Below are positions 1 through 9,802 of a stretch of 38,324 bases of DNA, piece by piece. Position 1 is the stretch's first letter. Every line of letters begins with the position of its first letter. The stretch is from Macrostomum lignano (Eukaryota), in the NCBI GenBank assembly GCA_002269645.1, contig NIVC01004679.1:1-38324 (forward strand), in the 5' to 3' direction. The notes beneath the pieces are model-generated. The model saw nothing but the letters and a program-made list of their open reading frames with translations, was not told the DNA's origin and made no database searches. Both the position numbers and the translations under genes were made by a program.

Positions 1-125
1 GGGATTCTGGGATAACTGAGTTTGGGATCTGGGATTCTGGGATAACTGAGTTGGGATCTGGATTCTGGGAAAACTGAGTTGGGATCTGAGATTCTGCGAT
101 TACTGAGTTGGGATCTGGGATTCTG
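1..125. repeat. ~29-bp minisatellite (gggattctgggataactgagttgggatct) in actinin intron
   Basis: About four tandem copies at the window edge. Confidence 0.85.
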
Positions 126-160
126 GAACAACCAAGCAGCGCCCACTAAGGCTCTCCCAC

Positions 161-3100
161 CTTGAATCCTTGCAGCTCGTCCTGGATGGCGTTCAGCCGG
201 CGGTCCTGCTCCTCCAGGCTGAGCTGCCGGCCGCTGGAGCAGATGCTGGACACGCCGTCCAGCCGCTGCTCGATCCAGGGCCGGCCACGTTGGCCAGGTC
301 GGCGAACTGCCGACGCAGGCGCTCGTTCTGGTGCTGCCGGGCCACCTCCTGCTGCAGGCTCTGGTCGCGGGCGGGCACCCGAGCGGAGACTTCGTCCCAC
401 TTCATCGCCAGCTCCTGTGGGCGGCGTATGAGGGCATCGCTGAATTGCTGATAGCCTGGGTCCAGAGTGCTAGGTTGGGACTGGGATCGATTAGTTTTAG
501 GACTGGGATTTATTAGTTTTGGGACTGGGATCGATTAGTTTTGGGACTTGGATCGATTAGTTTTGGGACTGGGATGGATTATTTTTGGGTCTTGGATCGA
601 TTAGTTTTGGGACTGGGATTTATTAGTTTTGGGACTGGGATCGATTAGTTTTGGAACTGGGATTTATTAGTTTTGGGACTGGGATCGATTACGAGTAGTT
701 TTGGGACTGGACCAATTAGTTTTATAACTAAGGGAAAACAATGTTATAGATGAAAATAACAGCAATATCTGCACTGCGCCACTGGCAGTAGCATGATTGG
801 GAGTAAAAGCTAAAACTTTCTTTGCTTACTTTTAAAGTTAAAACTGGAAAGGCTGTTACAATTTAAAACAAATGAGCAGGAGAGAACAAGAGCGCAGTAA
901 TTGGCGTTGCGCCACGATCCCTCCCCCCCACAGCTCTGCTCTCTCGCCCAGTCCAGCTGGCTCTCAGTCAGGGTTATCGAATTTCAAGCAGGCCAGTCTG
1001 CATTCGCGCCCCCAGACCCCCGCCCGCGGTCCGGCACGACAAGGCCTGGACGGGAGACACCCTCACGGGATGGGCGGTGGGCGGCTCCGTCACGCCCGGT
1101 TTCAAGGTGAACCAAGGAGTCCTTGAAACTAGGAGTCTGGAGTGCCAACTCTGCTGTACTGCGAGGCTACAGCAGTCTTCTGTAAAAACTGAAGCCCTGC
1201 CGTCTGCCTTGTCCAGCCTCCTGGCTCAGGATCTCCCTGAACCCCCTCAACCGCCTCCATCCGCTGTACGCAGCCGAGCCGCAGAAATGCCGAGCTTTGG
1301 CCGCAAAGAAATCTTCAAACTGGCTGGGGGTCACTGCAGCGGCCAGAGGGAGGGAGGCACCACACAGACAGGCTGTAGAGGCTGGGCGGCCCCATCCCCA
1401 CCCCCTGGATTGATTTCCCGCGCCCTGCCTCCGCCGTTCGCACTGAAGCGGCTGGGGGAGGGGGGGGGCTGGCCGAGCGGGCAATTCGCAAATGGCAAGG
1501 GGAAAAATGCGGCCAGGGGTGGCTGGGGATTCTGCATTGCAGCGGCAGCAAGGGGCTGCACCGTAACAGACACAGAACTGAACTGAACGCCGCTTGCCAA
1601 ATGGCAGAGTGGAGGGTGGGGCGCAGACACAAAAGCCGCAGTTCGAGGCTCCGAAGGCTGCAAGCAAAAGTGCAGCGGCCGCATCCGGCATCCGCTCCCT
1701 GGATTGATTGCCGCCGGCGCAAAGGTGCAACAGGCGGAGGCTTGGAAGATGTCAGCAGGCGGGAGTCGGGGGGGGGGGCGCAGGCTGGCCGTCCTCAACC
1801 ACAGGCGTGTGCCGTTCCCAGCCTGTTAAAACTCGAATACAGAAATCCTGCAGCTTGCTAAGCTAAACAAGCAATCCAATTATCCGGTTTGTGAAAATTC
1901 GCATTACATGACTCATAGGAGCTCGCATGAATCACTTCTGCTTCCGTAATGTCGTGACTTGCATGACCCATTAAATATGCATGACCCAATCTTTTTCGAA
2001 TAGCATGACCCTTTGATCCTGAATGACCCAACTAGCATGACCCATTGATCCTGTATGACCCAACCTAGCATGACCCATTGATCCTGCATGACCCAACCCA
2101 GCATGACCCATTGATCCTGCATGACCCATTGATCCTGCATGACCCAACCTAGCATGACCCATTGATCCTGCATGACCCAACCCAGCATGACCCACCCGGC
2201 CCCGCGGCTCACCCTGGCAGTCAGTCCGGTGTACGGGTTGATCAGCGCGTCGCCGGAAAGGCCGTGGGCGGCGGCCAGCTCGCGCACCTCGGCGTCGATA
2301 TGGGCGATGGCGCGGTGCTCGGCCTCGGCAGCCGGCAGGCTGGCCCGGAACTCCGAGTGGGCGGCCTGCAGCGAGTCCACCTCCTGCACCGAGTACACGA
2401 TGAAGAAGTCCATCAGGTCCTCGTTCGCTCCGTCCAGCCAGTTGTTGAACGGGGCCGCCCGCTTGGCGAACTGCAGGTGCAGCTGGTCCAGCGACTCCAG
2501 CACCTGCTCCGCCTCGCGCAGGGCCCGCGACCTGCGACAGCGGACCGGGCTCGACTTCAGGTCCTCCGCTGCCCTCCTGACCTCCGCTACCCTCCTGACC
2601 TCCGCTACCCTCCTGACCTCCGCTACCCTCCTGAACTCCGCTGCCCTCTTGACCTCCGCTGCCCTCCTGACCTCCGCTACCCTCCTGACCTCCGCTACCC
2701 TCCTGACCTCCGCTGCCCTCCTGACCTCCGCTGCCCCCCTGACCTCCGCTGCCCTCCTGACCTCCGCTGCCCCCCTGACCTCCGCTGCCCCCCTGACCTC
2801 CGCTGCCCTCCTGACCTCCGTTGCCCTCCTGACCTCCGTTGCCCTCCTGAATGAATCCAGCTGGCCTCACCTGGTGGTGCTGAGGACTCCCAGGCGGTCC
2901 CAGGCTCCGCAGATGGCCTGGCAGCGAGAGTTCACGGAGTCCAGGTCATGGTAGCCCAGGCTGTTCAGGTCCTCGGCAATCTTGCAGATCTGCTCCACCC
3001 GCTCCTGGTGAGCGCCGAGGTCGGCCTCGAAAGCCACCTGCTTGTTCATCATGGCTTTGAGGTCGTTCAGCTTGCACGATTTAAAGTCCTGCGACTGCTG

Positions 3101-6100
3101 CTGCGCCTCCTTGCCCTCCATCCAGGCCTCGTGGTTGCCGCACTTCAGCACGAACTTCTTGTACAGATTCTCCAGCCTGCGAACGGGTGAGTCAGGAGCT
3201 ATGCTTACTGCATTGAGGATATTCTCAACTGTGCAACAGCCACCGCCCCAATCTCACCTGTGCAACACCCGCCACCCCATTCTCACCTGTGCAACACCCA
3301 CCATCCCATTCTCACCTGTGCAACACCCACCACCCCAATATCACCTGTGCAACACCCACCACCCCAATATCACCTGTGCAACACCCACCACCCCAATATC
3401 ACCTGTGCAACACCCACCACCCCAATCTCACCTGTGCAACACCCGCCACCCCATTCTCACCTGTGCAACACCCACCACCCCAATCTCACCTGTGCAACAC
3501 CCGCCACCCCATTCTCACCTGTGCAACAACCACCACCCCAATATCACCTGTGCAACACCCACCACCTCAATCTCACCTGTGCAACACCCACCACCTCAAT
3601 CTCACCTGTGCAACACCCACCACCTCAATCTCACCTGTGCAACACCCACCACCTCAATCTCACCTGTGCAACACCCACCACCTCAATCTCACCTGTGCAA
3701 CACCCGCCACCCCATTCTCACCTGTGCAACACCCGCCACCCCAATCTCACCTGTGCAACACCCGCCACCCCAATCTCACCTGTGCAACAACCACCACCCC
3801 AATATCACCTGTGCAACACCCGCCACCCCAATCTCACCTGTGCAACACCCGCCACCCCAATCTCACCTGTGCAACACCCACCACCTCAATCTCACCTGTG
3901 CAACACCCACCACCTCAATCTCACCTGTGCAACACCCGCCACCTCAATCTCACCTGTGCAACACCCACCACCTCAATCTCACCTGTGCAACACCCACCAC
4001 CTCAATCTCACCTGTGCAACACCCGCCACCTCAATCTCACCTGTGCAACACCCACCACCTCAATCTCACCTGTGCAACACCCACCACCTCAATCTCACCT
4101 GTGCAACACCCGCCACCTCAATCTCACCTGTGCAACACCCACCACCCCAATCTCACCTGTGCAACACCCGCCACCCCAATCTCACCTGTGCAGCCGCTGC
4201 ATCTCCGCCAGCATCCACTCCTCGAATCCTTTCTCGGCCTTCTCCAGCCCCTTCCAGGCGTTGGCGATGTCGGAGACCAGCTTGCCCTCGGTGGGCAGGT
4301 AGGCGGGCCGGTTGCTGAGGCGCAGTCGAGTCTGCAAGGTGTTGAAGGTGGTCTCCAGCAGGGCCTTCTCCTCCAGCTTGGGCGGCTTCTCAGCCCGGCG
4401 ATAGTCTCGAAACTGGTTGAGGCGGTCGCGAACGCCGTCCAGGGTGTTGTCGGTGCTGCGGTCCTCCAGGATCGGGCGGGTCCGCTTGATCCAGGCTAGC
4501 AGGTCGCTGGCCAGGCGCTCGTAGAGGTCCATGAGCTTCTCGTTCTCCTGGTTGACGCGGAGCACCTTGCAGATCCGGTTGGCGGCGGTCTCCGCCTTCT
4601 GGGCGCCCGAGAAGGCGTGGTAGTAGGCGGACACGTAGGTCATCACGGACCGCTCGTCCGGCTTCACGTTGTTCACCATGTCTGCGGGGCGTGATGCCAG
4701 TGTACAGGTGTGATGCCAGTGTACAGGTGTGATGCCTGTGTACAGGTGTGATGCCAGTGTACAGGTGTGATGCCAGTGTACAGGTGTGATGCCAGTGTAC
4801 AGGTGTGATGCCAGTGTACAGGTGTGATGCCAGTGTACAGGTGTGATGCCTGTGTACAGGTGTGATGCCAGTGTACAGGTGTGATGCCAGTGTACAGGTG
4901 TGATGCCAGTGTACAGGTGTGATGCCAGTGTACAGGTGTGATGCCACTGTACAGACAAGATTGGAAGCATAGAAATCCTATGTATAGATGAGAGGACATT
5001 ATGGGCTGCACTCAGATCCCAGCGCTCACCTTCGGGATCTAACATCCTGGGAATGTCCAGGTGCTTCTCGGCCACATCGAAAGCGAGGTTCAGGTTTTCC
5101 AGCGGGTTGTCCTGCAGTTTTTACAGCGTCGGCGAGCATTTGAGGCTGGCTAATATAAAGCAATAAAACTGCTTTGCACTCATTCAAGGCAGCCCGCTTG
5201 AGAATTTTATGGCTGCTATAAAAGTGGTTAGTAGAAACACCAGACAGCAGGCATGAGTACAGGCAGGGAGGTGGCAGGCAGGCAACTCACTTTGCTCAGC
5301 TTGTCATAGTCGATGAGCTCCGGCCTGTGCCTGTGGATCAGCGCACAGAATGCCAGGCCGTCCTGAAAGCTGCAAGAGTAGAAAAGGGGGTCCCGGCAGC
5401 TGCAGGGGTTCGGAACGGCATGCGGTGCTGGGAGGCAAATGTGAGTAGCTGAACAACAGGAATGCCCGAAATCTGCTGCAATCCCTATCTACAGACACTG
5501 TAATCCCTGTCTACAGACACTGTAATCCTTATCTACAGACAGTGTAATCCATATCTACAGACAGTGCAATACCTATCTACAGGCACTTTAATTAATCCTT
5601 ATCTACAGACACTGTAATCCCTATCTACACACACTGCAGTCTCTATCTACAGACACTGCAGTCTCTATCTACAGACACTGTAATCTCTATCTGCAGACAC
5701 TGTAATCTCTATCTGCAGACACGGTAATCTCTATCTACAGACACTGTAATCTCTATCTACAGACACTGTAATCCCTATCTACAAACACTGCAGTCTCTAT
5801 CTACACACACTGCAGTCTCTATCTACAGACACTGTAATCCCTATCTACACACACTGCAGTCTCTATCTACACACACTGCAGTCTCTATCTACAGACACTG
5901 TAATCCCTATCTACACACACTGCAGTCTCTATCTACACACACTGCAGTCTCTATCTACAGACACTGTAATCTCTATCTGCAGACACTGTAATCTCTATCT
6001 ACAGACACTGTAATCTCTATCTACAGACACTGTAATCCCTATCTACAGACACTGTAATCCCTACCTACAGACACTGTAATCCCTACCTACAGACACTGTA

Positions 6101-9100
6101 ATCCCTATCTACAGACACTGTAATCTTTATCTACAGACAGTGTAATCCATATCTACAGACAGTGCAATACCTATCTACAGGCACTTTAATTAATCCTTAT
6201 CTACAGACACTGTAATCCCTATCTACACACACTGCAGTCTCTATCTACAGACACTGTAATCCCTATCTACAGACACTGTAATCTCTATCTACAGACACTG
6301 TAATCCCTATCTACAGACACTGTAATCCCTGTCTACAGACACTGTAATCCCTGTCTACAGACACTGTAACCCTTATCTACAGACAGTGTAATCCATATCT
6401 ACAGACAGTGCAATACCTATCTACAGGCACTTTAATTAATCCTTATCTACAGACACTGTAATCCCTATCTACACACACTGCAGTCTCTATCTACAGACAC
6501 TGTAATCCCAATCTACAGACACTGTAATCCCTGTCTAGACACTGCACCACCCCACCCAGCAGGATTGCAGCAGAATCAGGTGACAGAACAGCAACGTCAG
6601 CAAGCAGCTCATGCGGTGAGAAGGCAAGCGACAATGCATTGAACAGCAGAGGTCAGTCGGCATGCCCTGCAGGCGAGCGCACTGACTGACCCTTGAGAGC
6701 TTCGAATAGTCGAGCAGCTCCGGCCTGTGCCGGTGGATGAGCGCGCAGAAGGCCAGGCCGTCCTTCCAGCTGCGATCGAGTTGCGCAACAGGTGGACGGA
6801 GCGCGTTGGGATTCCGAAATTGATGCTGAGCTCTCCCAGATCCCCTAATCCCAATTTAGCACAGAGCGCCCCTTGCCCAGCCAGCTCACCTCATGTGAAA
6901 GTTCTGCACGTTCACGTTCTTGTAGGGAGCGGTCTTGCGCTGGCACCACAGCAGGAGGCCCTCCTTGGCGGTCATCTCTGCGTTTGGCGGCGTGGTTTAA
7001 AGTACAACTGCACTAATATTGACAACCAGTAAAATTCTGACTTACCTTCAACGGTGATGTCCTGGATGGCGAAGCGGAGGATGATCGTCCAGATCATGCC
7101 CAGCGTCATCTTCACGTTGCCGTCAACGATTTCTGAAATTCCAGTTTTAAGCCACGAGATAAATGACCGCGAGCCTTCTAGAGGGACCAGATTCTCCACG
7201 GCGCCAGACACTCGTATCTAGAGGCGCCAGACACTCGTATCTAGAGGCGCCAAATACTCGTATCCAGAGGCGCCAGACACTCGTATCTAGAGGCGCCAGG
7301 CACTCGTATCTAGAGGCGCCAGACACTCGTATCTAGAGGCACCAGAATCTCTTTTACAGAAGCGCCAGACACTCGTATCTAGAGGCGCCAAATACTCGTA
7401 TCTAGAGGCACCAGACTCTCTTTTACAGAAGCGCCAGACACTCGTATCTAGAGGCGCCAAATACTCGTATCTAGAGGCACCAGACTCTCTTTTACAGAAG
7501 CGCCAGACACCCACCCAGAGGCGCCAGACACGTATCTAGAGGCGCCAGACACTTGTATCTAGAGGCGCCAAATACTCGTATCTAGAGGCACCAGACTCTC
7601 TTTTACAGAGGCGCCAGACACACTCACCCAGAGGCGCGAGATACTTTCATCAAGAGGCGCCAGACACTCACCCAGAGGCGCGAGATACTTTCATCAAGAG
7701 GCGCCAGACGCTCACCCAGAGGCACCCGACACTCGTATCTAGAGGCACCAAATACTCGTATCAAGAGGCACCAGACTCTCTTTTACAGAGGCGCCAGACA
7801 CACTCACCCAGAGGCGCGAGATACTTTCATCAAGAGGCGCCAGACACTCACCCACAAGCGCCAGATACTCGTACCCAGGGGCGCCAGACACTCATTTAGA
7901 GGCGCCAGATACTCGTATGCAGAGACGACAGACACTCATCCAGAGGCGCCAGATACTCGTATCAAGAGACGCCAGGCACTCTCACCCAGAGGCGCCAGGC
8001 ACTCTCATCCAGAGGCGCCAAAAACTCCAAACCTCCCCACCAAAGCGCCACTCACCCTCGGCGCCAATGGACACGAGCTGCACGCCCTTGCGCTCGATGA
8101 ACTCCAGCGCCTTGTTAACATTGTTAATCTTGTGAAAGCGCATCCGGCCCCGCTCTGGCTTGGGCAAAGCCTCGCTCGAAATCACCTCCAGCAGCAGCAT
8201 GAGCTTCAAGCCGGAGCACAGGTCCTGGGTGATGTCCTCGATGGATGTGTCAGCTTTGCGCAGGAAGGAATTGATCCAGGCTGTGAATGTCTGTGCATGT
8301 GCAAAACAGTTTGTTCAACATTAATGGAAGGTTTGTAATGGAAGACAAAATCTTTGATATTGAAATTACAAGCTATATTGGATGGTTAAATATATATAGA
8401 TATTGAAGATTAAATATTGATACATTTTAAAATCAGATTATATACAAGACTATCATTAATCTTATACAAGAAGTAACTAAACAAAAGGAATATGAGCTAT
8501 ATGAAAAAATTCAAAAATATTTTTCAATCATAGATTAATTAAAGATTGAATAAGATACATAGCTTAGTATTAAATTTTTGAGAGCAAAATAAAATTATTT
8601 ATTATTATAAAAAGGATCATCATCTTTAAAAATCTTTATTGCTATTTTATTTTTATAATAATTTCATCCTTGAGTTTAAAGCAAAGTTGTACATTCACTA
8701 GCATAATGGAATATTAAATGTTTAGTACATATGCATATCATTGTTACATTAAGATAGTGATAAAGAGCATACTTACTATATATAAATACATATATAACAA
8801 TGAGAAAAGATGAAGATGGGATAGTGCAAATTACAAATCTAAATAAATAGAAAATATTTTAGCTTTAACTACTAAGTTAGTTTTCTACATATTAGAGTTT
8901 ATTACCCTAAGCACAAAAAACTTAAATCATATGCCTAAGTTGGTCATTTCTGCAGTCAAAGGATAATATGCAACTAAAGCCAAAGGACAATAAACTACCA
9001 AGTCTAATTTGATAGTTGATTATAGACTAGTGATATCATTAGTCTTTTGATTATTTTTTATCACAAAAGAAACAACCGTCTTTCAAATTTAGTAGGAGAA

Positions 9101-9445
9101 ATGTAGCACTGAAAGCTGCGCTGGCCTAGATTTTTAAGTCAGATTTTTATAGTAAGGCTTAAAATATTTTAATTGAATTTTTTTTAATTTAAAATTACAG
9201 CTTTTAGCAGCAATTAGACAATAAAACTATACACCTGCGATTAGTTCTAGAGCTCATGACCATGTTGCATTGAATAAACATTTAAAAGCGAAATGTACCT
9301 TTTTCTGCTGGATCTCCCACGCAGGGTCCAAAAAGTCTTCCCTGTTCCATTCTTCCTCTTCTTCTTCTTCGCCATCATAGTACCCAGGACCATTATTGTA
9401 CGCTGAGCCATTGTTGCTGTTATAATACTGCCCTGAATTAGCCAT
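161..9445 (-). CDS. ACTN: Alpha-actinin, 5' part (CH1-CH2 actin-binding domain and first spectrin repeats); 3' end lies outside the window
   Basis: GT-AG exons with consistent phases: 9445-9299, 8290-8056, 7132-7046, 6977-6890, [6769-6691 or 5369-5291], 5111-5030, 4681-4186, 3176-2871, 2531-2213, 414-161. Translation has alpha-actinin hallmarks: [139 protein letters not shown]. One -1 frameshift at ~278-280. Confidence 0.97.
470..720. repeat. ~21-22-bp minisatellite (ttagttttgggactgggatcga)
   Basis: Visible tandem copies inside the 415-2212 intron. Confidence 0.85.
1960..2195. repeat. Composite catgaccca(a/t) minisatellite
   Basis: Tandem units next to the donor at 2212; produces the [11 protein letters not shown] artefact in the ORF track. 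Confidence 0.85.
2560..2850. repeat. 18-bp minisatellite (ctgacctccgctgccctc)
   Basis: About 16 copies filling the 2532-2870 intron. Confidence 0.95.
3232..4192. repeat. 29-bp minisatellite containing the splice donor TGCACAG|GTGAGA (- strand)
   Basis: About 33 copies of ccaccccaatctcacctgtgcaacacccg, continuous with the true donor at 4185. Confidence 0.95.
4690..4950. repeat. 19-bp minisatellite (gtgatgccagtgtacaggt)
   Basis: About 13 copies in the 4682-5029 intron. Confidence 0.95.
5291..5369 (-). CDS. ACTN: Alpha-actinin CH2 exon, variant B: (S)[26 protein letters not shown]
   Basis: 79-nt exon, acceptor ctcttgcag, donor AAA|gtgagt, same phases as variant A. Confidence 0.9.
5480..6545. 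repeat. 22-bp minisatellite (ctatctacagacactgtaatcc) between the two alternative CH2 exons
   Basis: About 48 variant copies, including a recurring longer block (caatacctatctacaggcactttaattaatcc). Confidence 0.95.
6691..6769 (-). CDS. ACTN: Alpha-actinin CH2 exon, variant A: (S)[26 protein letters not shown]
   Basis: 79-nt exon, acceptor gatcgcag, donor AGG|gtcagt, phase 2 in and phase 0 out; fits the flanking exons. Confidence 0.9.
7195..8030. repeat. 23-bp-based composite minisatellite (gacactcgtatctagaggcgcca)
   Basis: Tandem variant units filling the 7133-8055 intron. Confidence 0.9.
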
Positions 9446-9802
9446 ACTTAAAGATGACAAACTAAGTATGCCGAACTGAACCAAATATCCGAGATGCAGT
9501 GGATGATGGATTCAGGAAGAAAAATTGACTGAACTTTTTCATTCAAATATAATTGTGGATGTTAATAAAAAGCAGTGAAACAAATGCACAACAACAGTTA
9601 GTTATTTGTCGTATGCAGCATTTTAAATTAAAAAAGAATACTAAAATTTTATTTTTTAAACCTTCTCAACTTGAAAGCTTTTATTTCTAAATTTCATTTT
9701 GTGCGTCTCTGGTAAATTCAGTTTGTGAAACTACCATCTATTTTTAGTGAATCACAATTTCATGAGGTCGTAAAGCGTGATTTAGACGATCCAAATGACG
9801 AT
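9446..9802. promoter_or_regulatory. Putative bidirectional promoter/5' UTR region between alpha-actinin and vasohibin
   Basis: The two inferred start codons (9445 on -, 9803 on +) diverge with about 357 bp between them inside an AT-rich island. No specific motif was identified. Confidence 0.5.

Noticed and set aside
872-1861. GC-rich block with overlapping 130-190 aa ORFs in the actinin intron
   Set aside because: No recognisable domain, terminal repeats or convincing exon boundaries; cannot be assigned.
3232-4192. CRISPR-like look of the ~29-31-bp tandem arrays
   Set aside because: There are no unique spacers, no cas genes, and the context is a eukaryotic intron.
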